Shown in pieces: positions 1-9,071 of a stretch of DNA of 64,000 nucleotides (position 1 is its first letter; each line of letters starts with the position of its first letter). This stretch comes from Elusimicrobium minutum (GTDB taxonomy: Bacteria; Elusimicrobiota; Elusimicrobia; Elusimicrobiales; UBA9959). A program made the translations under genes and the position numbers. The stretch lies in NCBI GenBank assembly GCA_020723765.1, contig DYIF01000001.1:7127-71126 (forward strand), in the 5' to 3' direction. Under the pieces are notes generated by a model. The model worked only from the letters and a program-made list of their open reading frames with translations. It ran no database searches and was not told where the DNA came from.

Positions 1-1879
1 TCGCCATTTCGGCGGAAAACGAAGATTTTAATCCCAATATGTTTAAATTTTTGATCTGAATGTCGGAATCGTAAACAAATATGCTTGAGGCTATGTCGTT
101 AATCGAAGGAGCTCTCTGAGATCTGGCCGAGCCCTGATAAAGAGCGGTAAAGCCGACCGTGGCGTTATTAAATATATCGTACGATAATCTTCCGCCGGCA
201 AGAGTCTGGTTGGATGAGCCGAAAGGAGAAACCTCGTAAACTATATCTATAGTGCTTGTCGGAGTTATTTTGTCCGTATTATAGAAGGTCAAAAATCCAG
301 CGTCGTAATCTATATAATAATCCTGGTTTTTATTGAGTTTAACTCCGTCTATTTTTATAATTTCTGAATTAAGAACTATGTTTGGCTCCAAATAAAAAGT
401 TTTTATTCTGTAATAATACTCGACGTGAAGTATTCTTTTGGCTATGGGACTCGGTGAATAAGTTATGGGGTCCGGAGTCAAAGGGTCGGTATCGGAACCG
501 AAAGGAGACAAAAGATGGATAACCCCTTGCTCGAAATCTATTTCTATGGTTTCCGGATATTTTTGAACCGGGTTTAGCGAAGAGCCTATCTCCTGCCTGT
601 TAAGATTTTGAACTTTAAATATGAAATTACCCTGTCCGTTGTCTCTGACTATGTTTGTTTGACCGATATAATAATAAGTTTTAACCTCGTTATTCCATCC
701 TTTTTCCGAAGGATTGGATATATATATGTCGTCCTTTGTCTTTAATAATTTATATCTTCCGGATCCGTTTTCGTCCCTTAACCACGAACCGTTTGAATTT
801 TGATAATCTATTATTAAAACGTCCTGCGAATTTAAGTTCCTTGAAAAAATGACAAGCCCTTTATTATAATCTATGGTATAATCTATACCTCTTACAAGCT
901 GTTTAAATCTTCCGGAATAAACCGTGGAAATAGAAGACAAATCGTCGGCCGTTATAGAAGATATTATTATCCCGTCCACGACTTCGTTTGTTTGCTGGTC
1001 TATGTATATTTTTTCGGTACCGGGTTTTATAGGCAGTCTTGAAACCTGAGAATAAGTAATATCGTAATACTTTCTTCTTATATAAGAACTATCCATTATA
1101 TCTACGGTTTGGAATTGAGTGTTGCCGGTAAACTGTTTTGTTTTAGTCTGACCTTTGGTTCTCGAACCTATTAAAGTAGCTTTAAATCTGTTGGCTTTTA
1201 TATCCGCTCTTATTCCGAACAACTGCTTATTATAAGAGACAAACTCGGTTGAGGGAAGAGATAAGTCTATATCTCCGAAGGATATATTTTGCACCACCTC
1301 CTGCGGGTCTCCCTGATATGTAACGGATATGTCCTGTTTGTCCGTTTTGGTATCGTCGTAGTCCACGTTAACGGTAATCTTTTCGCCTATTTTTCCTTGC
1401 ATTCTTATTTGCAACTGCTGGGTTATATCGAATAAACTCGTGGATTTTTCTCTGGTAGTATTTGTTTGTTCGTTTATGTATCTTTTGCCGGAGTAATTAA
1501 CGGATATTACCTTTCTTCCGGTAACGCTCAATGAAGTTCCGCTATCCAAAAATTCGATCTGAGGAGCCATAGCTAAAGGCTGAGTGGAAACCGAAACGGT
1601 CGAAACGGAAATTTTTTCGTCTTCGATTTCAATTTCGCCGTTTTCCATTTTGTTTAAAAAATTTCTCCACTTCCCCTCGTCCCAGTCGAAATTGCCTTCC
1701 TCGGTTTTTTTTTCTTTTTTCGTTTTTTTATCGCTTTTTTCTTCCAATTTAATATACTCGGTGGTTTGAGGTTTTAACTCTTCGTAATCCGAAATATTAT
1801 CGATAAAGTCCGAAAAATCGAAGGAATAAGCCTTAAAACTTAAAAATAAAATAGATATAAAGCACAAAAGCTTTTTCAT
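1..1879 (-). CDS. Large exported beta-rich protein, C-terminal part lies beyond the window start; SprA-like (T9SS translocon family) by motif memory
   Basis: The minus-strand frame is open from the ATG (cat at 1877-1879) to position 1. I checked the translation by hand at both ends (MKKLLCFISILFLSFKAYS... and ...LGLKSSFSAEMA). It has a signal peptide and a K/E-rich linker. The stretch QLQIRMQGKIGEKITVNVDYDDTKTDKQDISVTYQG...FGDIDLSLPS...QLFGIRADIKANRFKATLIGSRTKGQTKT recalls the SprA N-terminal signature. It is absent from the ORF track because it runs off the edge. Confidence 0.55.
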   Translation of the reverse strand, partial: MKKLLCFISILFLSFKAYSFDFSDFIDNISDYEELKPQTTEYIKLEEKSDKKTKKEKKTEEGNFDWDEGKWRNFLNKMENGEIEIEDEKISVSTVSVSTQPLAMAPQIEFLDSGTSLSVTGRKVISVNYSGKRYINEQTNTTREKSTSLFDITQQLQIRMQGKIGEKITVNVDYDDTKTDKQDISVTYQGDPQEVVQNISFGDIDLSLPSTEFVSYNKQLFGIRADIKANRFKATLIGSRTKGQTKTKQFTGNTQFQTVDIMDSSYIRRKYYDITYSQVSRLPIKPGTEKIYIDQQTNEVVDGIIISSITADDLSSISTVYSGRFKQLVRGIDYTIDYNKGLVIFSRNLNSQDVLIIDYQNSNGSWLRDENGSGRYKLLKTKDDIYISNPSEKGWNNEVKTYYYIGQTNIVRDNGQGNFIFKVQNLNRQEIGSSLNPVQKYPETIEIDFEQGVIHLLSPFGSDTDPLTPDPITYSPSPIAKRILHVEYYYRIKTFYLEPNIVLNSEIIKIDGVKLNKNQDYYIDYDAGFLTFYNTDKITPTSTIDIVYEVSPFGSSNQTLAGGRLSYDIFNNATVGFTALYQGSARSQRAPSINDIASSIFVYDSDIQIKNLNILGLKSSFSAEMA

Positions 1880-1961
1880 AAAAAAATCCCGACCCTTAAG
1901 GTCGGATATATATAAATAATTATATATAATAGTTATTAAGTTTATATGAAATATTTGTTTT

Positions 1962-3074
1962 ATGTTTAAACTTAAGCCTTATAAGGTAGAAACCGTTTTT
2001 GCAGATTGTTTTATAAGATATCTTATGGTATCGTTAGTAATATTTTCATCGATATTTTTTATATACTCTTTCATACAAATAATCAACGAAAAAGACATAG
2101 TAAAGGGAATATCGGGATACTACTTCGCAAAAACACTATTATATCTTATACCTTCTATAATCTCCACCTCGCTTCCTTTTTCGATAATATTCTCGGTTTT
2201 TTTTGCGGTAGGGGAATTATCTTTGCGAGGAGAGCTTAACGCCATAAGAGTAGGCGGATATTCTTACGGCGAGATATCGAGAACTTTCGTAATTTTTATG
2301 ATTATTCTTACCGGAATATCCTATTTTCTCATAAACGACATAGCGCCCAAATACAATTTAAAATCAAGAGAATATTTAAGAACCATGATAAACAGGGTAA
2401 CCAACATAAACCTCAAATCCGGCTCATTTGAAAATATATCTTCTTTCACAATATACTCGGATAAAATTTACGGCAACGAAATGAACAAAGTATCCTTGTT
2501 TGAAAACGGCCGAACACATTATGACTCTGATTTCTTTATAAAAATAGAAGCGGAAAAAGGGATTTATAATATACTTAAAGAAAAGGGGATATCCATAACT
2601 CTATACGACGGTAAAATATACCACATAGACAAAGAAAAATACCACATATTAAACCTCGGCAAATTCGAAGAGTACTTCGCTTTTATCCCCTTTGAAATAA
2701 CGCAAAAAGATTATTATACCCCTCCCAAATACCTCAAAACTTCAGAACTAAAAACAATTTTAAAAAACAAACTCGAACCCAAAGAAATTTACAAGATAAA
2801 AAAAGAAATAACTCAAAGAAGATCGGCGGTAGTATCGATAATAATATTCGGAGTAATATCGGCGATACTCGCATTTTATTTTGAAAGAGACAGTAAATAT
2901 TTCGCTTTTTTATCGAGCCTTGGAATTATATTATTTTATTATGCGGTAAATATTTTTTCCAACATAATAGCCGAAAAAAATCCCAAATTTACGGGAATAG
3001 TTTTTTTCGCCTCTCCATTTCTTATGGGTGTATTGTCCTCATATTTCTATATTTTTAAATTGAGGAATAAATGA
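1962..3074 (+). CDS. LptF/LptG (YjgP/YjgQ) family LPS export permease
   Basis: 370-aa polytopic membrane protein with a central periplasmic beta-jellyroll-like insert. It overlaps a paralogous second permease gene by 4 bp, as in lptFG pairs. Confidence 0.75.
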   Translation: MFKLKPYKVETVFADCFIRYLMVSLVIFSSIFFIYSFIQIINEKDIVKGISGYYFAKTLLYLIPSIISTSLPFSIIFSVFFAVGELSLRGELNAIRVGGYSYGEISRTFVIFMIILTGISYFLINDIAPKYNLKSREYLRTMINRVTNINLKSGSFENISSFTIYSDKIYGNEMNKVSLFENGRTHYDSDFFIKIEAEKGIYNILKEKGISITLYDGKIYHIDKEKYHILNLGKFEEYFAFIPFEITQKDYYTPPKYLKTSELKTILKNKLEPKEIYKIKKEITQRRSAVVSIIIFGVISAILAFYFERDSKYFAFLSSLGIILFYYAVNIFSNIIAEKNPKFTGIVFFASPFLMGVLSSYFYIFKLRNK

Positions 3075-4102
3075 AGAAAATATCTTCGTATATAACAAAA
3101 AAATTTATTTTTTACTTCATAGCGATAACCCTGATAATATCATTATTCGTAGCGGTTATAAATCTATTCGAAACCGCTAATATGATGACGAGAAAAGGAG
3201 AAGATATATCGTTTAAAAGCGTGCTATTTCAAATACCCTATTATCTTCATCTTATAACCCCATTGATAACCATGCTCTCGGCGTTTATGACATTCAATTA
3301 TTTCGTCTCGACAAACGAGTATAAAGCCATCTACGCCTCCGGATATTCGAAAACGGTTTTCCTATATCCGCTAATAGCGCTGTCTTTGGCGATAATGCTT
3401 TTTTCTTTGCTGTTTGCGGATAAATTTTCCGCTCAACTATACAGAAAAGCGAAAAACAAAAGCGAAAAACCGGAACTTGCAAATTTATATATAAAAAAAG
3501 ACAACTTACTTATAGGAGCTCAAAAAGCGGATACTTCTGGCATCCTAAAAGACGTATATATAGAAGACGTATCGACGAAAAGAAAAATAAAAACGGATAC
3601 GCTTAGATGGGACAAAAAACAAAACGCCTGGAAAGCCCGAAACGGAATATTAATAGAAGAATCAAGCCGGGTTAAAACTTCTTCTTTCACATCCATAAAC
3701 ATAGATTTTATACCTGAACCGAATATAATAATAATAACCGATCTAACGGACGGAAACTCTTACGGAATATTTGAACTTATTTCGCGAATAATAAAACTAA
3801 GAAATCTTTCCATGAAAACGACAGAGGAAACCGTATTCGTATATTTTAAAATCTCACTTATACTAATAAATTTCATAGCCGTAATAATCGCTTTCATTTT
3901 CGCTCAAACCGATATAATAAAAAATAAAAGCTTATCGGCTTCGGTAGCGATGCTAATATCTTTCATAATCTGGTTTGGGGTGATAGCCGCAAAAAGAGTG
4001 GCGGATATAGAAGTTATAGAACCGTATATGGTAGCTTTGATTCCTCACTCGATATTTATAATCGGATCTTTATATATAATATACAGGAAAAAGCTGATAT
4101 AA
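3071..4102 (+). CDS. LptF/LptG (YjgP/YjgQ) family LPS export permease, second subunit
   Basis: 343 aa with the same architecture as the upstream gene. ATGA start/stop overlap at 3071-3074. Confidence 0.75.
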   Translation: MKKISSYITKKFIFYFIAITLIISLFVAVINLFETANMMTRKGEDISFKSVLFQIPYYLHLITPLITMLSAFMTFNYFVSTNEYKAIYASGYSKTVFLYPLIALSLAIMLFSLLFADKFSAQLYRKAKNKSEKPELANLYIKKDNLLIGAQKADTSGILKDVYIEDVSTKRKIKTDTLRWDKKQNAWKARNGILIEESSRVKTSSFTSINIDFIPEPNIIIITDLTDGNSYGIFELISRIIKLRNLSMKTTEETVFVYFKISLILINFIAVIIAFIFAQTDIIKNKSLSASVAMLISFIIWFGVIAAKRVADIEVIEPYMVALIPHSIFIIGSLYIIYRKKLI

Positions 4103-4104
4103 AT

Positions 4105-4782
4105 TTATTTTTTAGCCGCACATATCGCGACAGAGCCGGGTAAAAGATTTTTCATATAAACTGCGTAAAAATGGAAAGAAAGTTTTTCGTTAAATTTTTC
4201 CGCTTTAAAAGAATATATTGAGCTTTTAAGAAAGGAATAAGATTTATAAGAACCTGGCAAAAATATTTTTATTGCAAGCAAAACCGTTTCAAGATAAATT
4301 TTAATTAAAAATTTAAATAAAAAATTCGCCGGCATCGACGTTTCCACGTTTACGAAAAATCCTCCTTTTTTTAAAACTCTTTTAATTTCGTTTAAAGATT
4401 TATCGAAATCGCTTGCAAAAAATAGGTTTCTTGTCGCAAAAGATACGGTAACCAAATCGAAACTCTCGTCATCGAAAGGAAGATTTGAAATATAAGAATT
4501 TAAAAAATTCGCTTTTATGTTTTTCTCTTTGGCTATTTTAATCATATTTTCGTTGGCATCCACTCCGGTAACGACCGCACCCGGAAATTTCGAAACCAAA
4601 AACTCCGTAAAATCTCCGGTTCCGCAACATATATCGCATATACTCAAAGGATTTGAATTCAATAGCCTAATGTATTCAACGGTTTTTCTTCTCCAGTATT
4701 TATCCAATCCTAAAGTCATCAGCGAATTCATTAAGCGGTAATGAGAATATATTTTATCGTAAAGTTTTACAATTTCGCTCAT
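4105..4782 (-). CDS. Class I SAM-dependent methyltransferase, UbiE/MenG (demethylmenaquinone methyltransferase) family
   Basis: N-terminal YDKIYSHYRLMNSLMTLGLDKYWRRK matches the UbiE/MenG YDxMNxxxSxGxxxxWR signature. SAM motif I is DICCGTGDF. Confidence 0.75.
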   Translation of the reverse strand: MSEIVKLYDKIYSHYRLMNSLMTLGLDKYWRRKTVEYIRLLNSNPLSICDICCGTGDFTEFLVSKFPGAVVTGVDANENMIKIAKEKNIKANFLNSYISNLPFDDESFDLVTVSFATRNLFFASDFDKSLNEIKRVLKKGGFFVNVETSMPANFLFKFLIKIYLETVLLAIKIFLPGSYKSYSFLKSSIYSFKAEKFNEKLSFHFYAVYMKNLLPGSVAICAAKK

Positions 4783-4820
4783 AAATAAAATTGTATAATA
4801 ATTTAAAAAAGGGAGGGTAT

Positions 4821-5330
4821 ATGAAGAAAGCGGCGATGTTTATAGCTTTTAAAGGATTTAGAGACGAAGAATACGCCGAGCCTAAAAGAATAATGGAAAA
4901 AAGCGGGGTAAAAGTGGAAACCATATCCACATCAAAAGGAAAAGCCGTCGGTAAAATAAAAATAACCGCGGACGTGGATAAAACCTTAGAAGAAATAAAT
5001 CCTGATGATTACGAAATACTCGCGCTTGTGGGAGGTCCCGGAGCTTTGGCGGAATTAGATAACGAAAAGGTCAGAAAAATATTTTCCGATTTTTATTTTA
5101 AATCCAAACCCATAGCGGCGATATGCATATCTCCGGTAATACTGGCCCATGCGGGATTGTTGAAAGGGAAAAAAGCGACCGTATGGCCGGACGGCAAAGA
5201 CGAACTTGTTAAAAACGGCGCGATATATACGGGGAATCCCATAGAAATAGATTCCGGCATAATAACCGCAAACGGACCTCTTGCGGCGAAAGAATACGGG
5301 GAAGCTATATTAAAACTAATCTCAAAATAA
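4821..5330 (+). CDS. DJ-1/PfpI family protein
   Basis: AICISP nucleophile-elbow Cys motif and LVGGPG, typical of DJ-1/PfpI. I moved the start to the ATG at 4821, which sits behind a GGGAGGG SD (track ORF starts at 4791). Confidence 0.8.
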   Translation: MKKAAMFIAFKGFRDEEYAEPKRIMEKSGVKVETISTSKGKAVGKIKITADVDKTLEEINPDDYEILALVGGPGALAELDNEKVRKIFSDFYFKSKPIAAICISPVILAHAGLLKGKKATVWPDGKDELVKNGAIYTGNPIEIDSGIITANGPLAAKEYGEAILKLISK

Positions 5331-5333
5331 AAA

Positions 5334-5359
5334 GGCCCGCATAAAGCGGGCCCATTTTA
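5334..5359. terminator. Bidirectional intrinsic terminator between convergent genes
   Basis: ggcccgc-ataaa-gcgggcc 7-bp GC stem, with an A-run on the left and cattttat on the right. Confidence 0.6.
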
Positions 5360-5379
5360 TAAAAAAACCGACAAACAAA

Positions 5380-6291
5380 CTATTTCTGAACTCTGTTTGT
5401 CTCGCCTTTATCCATATAAGTATCTTTGGATATTTTTCCTATTCTCGAAAAGCCCCATTCTAAATAATAACCTCTGGTTTCAAAAAGTTTATCCGAGCTT
5501 CTATAACTATCGTTATTATTGGTTTCCGGTTTTACAAGCTCGTCTTCGGAAAATTCCATCGAATAGTTATTGGAAACATCGAATGTGAATTCTTTGGTGC
5601 CCAAAGAAGAATCGAACCAGTTGGCTTTATCCTTTTTAAGCTCTATCTTTATTTTTACTTTTTCTCCGGCGTATTCTTTCGCCCATTTATCCGATACCTT
5701 AAATGTATATTTCTTGGTATCTTTGTTGTATGAAAACTCGCTATAGTTAAGACCTTCCAAATCCGGCTTCATGGCTACTTTATACTCCGGATAAAGCTCA
5801 AACACCACGTCGTTATATCCGACCTGTTTGGTTTTATATTTATATCCCGCTTCTATGGTATATATATCGAGCCATCTTCCTTCCAAACATACCTCGAAAG
5901 TTTCTTTTTCCCACGGCAAGAGTTTTCTTTGTTTTATGTTTATTTGAGCCTGGCTTCTATATGTTTGATAAAGCCTTTCGTAGCAATGTTGCTGAGGTAT
6001 CTGCTGGCCGTTTGGACCGGGAACGTATGTCGTATAGCACTCGGTTCTGTATTCGTCGCTTCTAAGCCATACCTTATCGCTCATAATTTCGTTGTCGCTC
6101 GGACCAAAATTGAACCTTGCGCAGTCTCTGGTGGTTCTTATGCTTTGGGGAACCCCGTATTTCACGCCGGGAAGCGGCGCATAAGTAGAATCTACAACGA
6201 CCTTATTGGTATTTACTCCCTGGTCGAAGTTAACCTCGGCGTAAGATGCCGATGTTAACGATAATAATACTATACTTATTAACATTTTCAT
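5380..6291 (-). CDS. Secreted protein of unknown function, paralog A (resident-type C-terminus)
   Basis: Signal peptide MKMLISIVLLSLTSASYA. The first ~135 aa are nearly identical to the 7108-7827 product, and the C-terminal 170 aa are unrelated to it. AGGAGG SD. Confidence 0.7.
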   Translation of the reverse strand: MKMLISIVLLSLTSASYAEVNFDQGVNTNKVVVDSTYAPLPGVKYGVPQSIRTTRDCARFNFGPSDNEIMSDKVWLRSDEYRTECYTTYVPGPNGQQIPQQHCYERLYQTYRSQAQINIKQRKLLPWEKETFEVCLEGRWLDIYTIEAGYKYKTKQVGYNDVVFELYPEYKVAMKPDLEGLNYSEFSYNKDTKKYTFKVSDKWAKEYAGEKVKIKIELKKDKANWFDSSLGTKEFTFDVSNNYSMEFSEDELVKPETNNNDSYRSSDKLFETRGYYLEWGFSRIGKISKDTYMDKGETNRVQK

Positions 6292-6388
6292 TATTACTCC
6301 TCCTGTTAAAATATTTCAAAGATTTTGCCCATCTAATTATATTATACGATAAAAAAAGATTTTTTCAGCTTAAAAAAGTCCTAAAAAA
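5879..6388. repeat. Copy 1 of a ~510-bp direct repeat (5' part of the secreted-protein gene plus its promoter region)
   Basis: Hand alignment with 7415-7923 gives about 11 substitutions and 1 indel. Positions ~6060-6320 are identical to the other copy. Confidence 0.9.
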
Positions 6389-6442
6389 AATCAAAAAAAC
6401 TTACTATACAAAATTAGGACTTTGGGGAAACGAGATAACCTT

Positions 6443-7111
6443 CTATCTGCTTATAAACTCAAATGTTTGAATAAAAAATGCAAATAGATTTGCAAGAAAA
6501 TGGATAAAAAAATTTATAAATTTATTCTTTTCTTTTTCATAAACATAACACAAAAAAAAACCAATATAAAAAGCAAATAAAAACTTATTTAAATGCCCTA
6601 TTGAAAAAAGTAACGAAGAAATCATAGATGCTTTTAAAAAACTAAATTTAATATTTCTCAAATGATTAAAAATTACAAACCTAAAAAACAGTTCCTCCGA
6701 AAAGGGTACTACAATTAAAATTAAAATAAAGTAAAAAAATATGAAATTAGCATTCTTAAAATAATCATCATAGTATTTTTCGCTTTTTAAAATAATATTT
6801 ATATCAAAATTTAATAAAAAGAGAAGCGATATTAAAACAAATAATGGGATAATTATCATTATAAAATATTTAAGAGAAATCCAAAAATATTTTAACATTT
6901 CATATTTAATTTTTAGTAAAACGATAAAATCAAACATTTTTTTGTGTTTAAATTTATAAGAAAAATAAAAAAAAATTATGTTTTGTATATAAAGAAAAAA
7001 CAAATTAGATATAGAAAACTTTAATATTTTTTCAAAAACGACTAAAACTATAGCAATAGCAAAATTAGCAAAAAATGCAGGGAATATCAGCTTTTCAAAA
7101 AGCAAACTCAT
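6443..7111 (-). CDS. CPBP family intramembrane glutamic endopeptidase (CAAX protease / Abi bacteriocin-immunity-like)
   Basis: Polytopic, very AT-rich gene. Motif 1 is PFSEELFFRFVIF (EExxxR) and motif 2 is FSIGHL (FxxxH). The start overlaps the upstream stop as ATGA (7108-7111). Confidence 0.75.
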   Translation of the reverse strand: MSLLFEKLIFPAFFANFAIAIVLVVFEKILKFSISNLFFLYIQNIIFFYFSYKFKHKKMFDFIVLLKIKYEMLKYFWISLKYFIMIIIPLFVLISLLFLLNFDINIILKSEKYYDDYFKNANFIFFYFILILIVVPFSEELFFRFVIFNHLRNIKFSFLKASMISSLLFSIGHLNKFLFAFYIGFFLCYVYEKEKNKFINFFIHFLANLFAFFIQTFEFISR

Positions 7112-7827
7112 TTACTATACGCCCTTTGAATTCCATGCAAAACTTCCATCTCTTGAGAGGTTAAACCATCTGGAGTATACGTTGATTCACAATATTCTTC
7201 CCAAACTTCTCCTGCTAAGCATTTAACACAATCATATATTATACCATCTCTTATAACTCTATAAAAATATTTACACAAACCAACTATCGCCGAGGCATTT
7301 TTATCAAAAATTTTTCTATTGTTAGGATGTAATTCTAGAATTTCTTTATAACTCAAATTATTTTTAATTTTATAATTGTAAACGCTATTCAACATATAAA
7401 CTTCGATATATTTCCCTTCCAAACATACCTCAAACGTTTCTTTTTCCCACGGCCAGAGTTTTCTTTGTTTTATGTTTATCTGAGCCTGGCTTCTATATGT
7501 TTGATAAAGCCTTTCGTAGCAATGCTGTTGGGGTATCTGTTGTCCGTTTGGACCGGGAACGTATGTCGTATAGCACTCGGTTCTATATTCGTCGCTTCTA
7601 AGCCATACCTTATCGCTCATAATTTCGTTGTCGCTCGGACCAAAATTGAACCTTGCGCAGTCTCTGGTGGTTCTTATGCTTTGGGGAACCCCGTATTTCA
7701 CGCCGGGAAGCGGCGCATAAGTAGAATCTACAACGACCTTATTGGTATTTACTCCCTGGTCGAAGTTAACCTCGGCGTAAGATGCCGATGTTAACGATAA
7801 TAATACTATACTTATTAACATTTTCAT
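7108..7827 (-). CDS. Secreted protein, paralog B, with an alternative Cys-rich C-terminal domain
   Basis: Same signal peptide and N-terminal 135 aa as paralog A. It has a distinct ~105-aa C-terminus (…GLCKYFYRVIRDGIIYDCVKCLAGEVWEEYCESTY…) encoded by CpG-poor DNA. Confidence 0.7.
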   Translation of the reverse strand: MKMLISIVLLSLTSASYAEVNFDQGVNTNKVVVDSTYAPLPGVKYGVPQSIRTTRDCARFNFGPSDNEIMSDKVWLRSDEYRTECYTTYVPGPNGQQIPQQHCYERLYQTYRSQAQINIKQRKLWPWEKETFEVCLEGKYIEVYMLNSVYNYKIKNNLSYKEILELHPNNRKIFDKNASAIVGLCKYFYRVIRDGIIYDCVKCLAGEVWEEYCESTYTPDGLTSQEMEVLHGIQRAYSK

Positions 7828-7923
7828 TATTACTCCTCCTGTTAAAATATTTCAAAGATTTTGCCCACCTAATTATATTATACGATAAAAAAGATTTTTT
7901 CAGCTTAAAAAAGTCCTAAAAAA
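7415..7923. repeat. Copy 2 of the ~510-bp direct repeat
   Basis: See 5879-6388. It includes the identical SD, the TATAAT-containing upstream region and the first 135 codons. Confidence 0.9.
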
Positions 7924-8000
7924 CCAAAATATTTTTTCCTATCCTTTACTGGGACTTATGGGACTTACGGACCAAAATTAAAAATAAAAGATAAATCAAA

Positions 8001-9071
8001 TTACTCTATAACCACTTCTTTGGGTTCGGTAAACTCGCCTTCAAATCCTATAAGGTCTATATAAGATATTCTGAAATAATACTTGCCCTTGGGAACATAA
8101 TTTGAAAGATTTAAGTTTTTAAAAACGTCGAATTTCCTATCTAAAACTATGTTTTTGAACTCCTTATCTTTCGCCACCTGTATTCTGTAACCGCTAACGG
8201 CTTTGCTCAAATCTATGTTTACGTTATTGGTTAATTTTAAATTTTTCGCTTTGGACTGATCCCTAACCTCCACGTCGTCGGTTTTGGCGTCGGCATATTT
8301 TACCGATATGACATTTTTTTGAACGTTAAAATCTATTTTCTGGTTCTTTACCTCTTGAATTATATCGGGCATTTTAGAAGGCGCGGAAGGAACCGAATTA
8401 AGTTTAACCTCGGTTGCAAAACCTTCTTTTAAACTTACTTTTTCGCCCTTGGCTTCAACCTCCGCTTCTCCTTTGTATACCTGAACCACAGTGGAGAGGT
8501 CCTCTTTTATCTTTGCGGCAAGTTCGGTATTCTTCGTTTTCGGCGTAATTTTAGCCGATACCGTTATAATCGAAGTATCTTTCGCTCTTACCTGACCCGA
8601 AAGAAGCCTTATATCGGTATCTTTGGTTTCCGGGGGCTTTAAGATTACCATAGAATTTGAAAATAGATTTAAAACCTGCCCGGTGTAAAATCTGACATCG
8701 GCGTAAGAATTTGCGTTTGTTCTTACGGTATCTCCTTTAAAAAGAGCTTTTACCTTAACGCCCTCGTCCCACTCCGATTTGCCCACGGCTCTTACTCTTA
8801 CGTCTCCGTTAATTTTTTCAAAATGAGCGGCTCTATACTCTTCTTTAATCAAATTTACCGGAACCTTTAATTTTTTTCCGGTAAGAGGCTGATAAGGATC
8901 TGGAGGAAGATTATTATATCTTATTATCTCGTCCCATTTCCTCGGATCTTTAAGATATATTTGAGAAATCTCCCATAAGGTCTGTCCGGGTTTTGCTTCT
9001 ATAGTTTGAAATTCGGCGGAATTCAATTTAAAACATAAAAAAAAGAAAAAAGAAATAACGAATAATTTCAT
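8001..9071 (-). CDS. Exported LysM plus FecR-domain protein
   Basis: Signal peptide, then LysM-like GQTLWEISQIYLKDPRKWDEIIRYNNL and FecR-like INGDVRVRAVGKSEWDEGVKVKALFKGDTVRTNANSYADVRF. Confidence 0.65.
   Translation of the reverse strand: MKLFVISFFFFLCFKLNSAEFQTIEAKPGQTLWEISQIYLKDPRKWDEIIRYNNLPPDPYQPLTGKKLKVPVNLIKEEYRAAHFEKINGDVRVRAVGKSEWDEGVKVKALFKGDTVRTNANSYADVRFYTGQVLNLFSNSMVILKPPETKDTDIRLLSGQVRAKDTSIITVSAKITPKTKNTELAAKIKEDLSTVVQVYKGEAEVEAKGEKVSLKEGFATEVKLNSVPSAPSKMPDIIQEVKNQKIDFNVQKNVISVKYADAKTDDVEVRDQSKAKNLKLTNNVNIDLSKAVSGYRIQVAKDKEFKNIVLDRKFDVFKNLNLSNYVPKGKYYFRISYIDLIGFEGEFTEPKEVVIE

Noticed and set aside
1584-1769. 61-aa plus-strand ORF from the track.
   Set aside because: It lies inside the long minus-strand SprA-like frame, in its K/E-rich linker region. 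It is a low-complexity shadow ORF.
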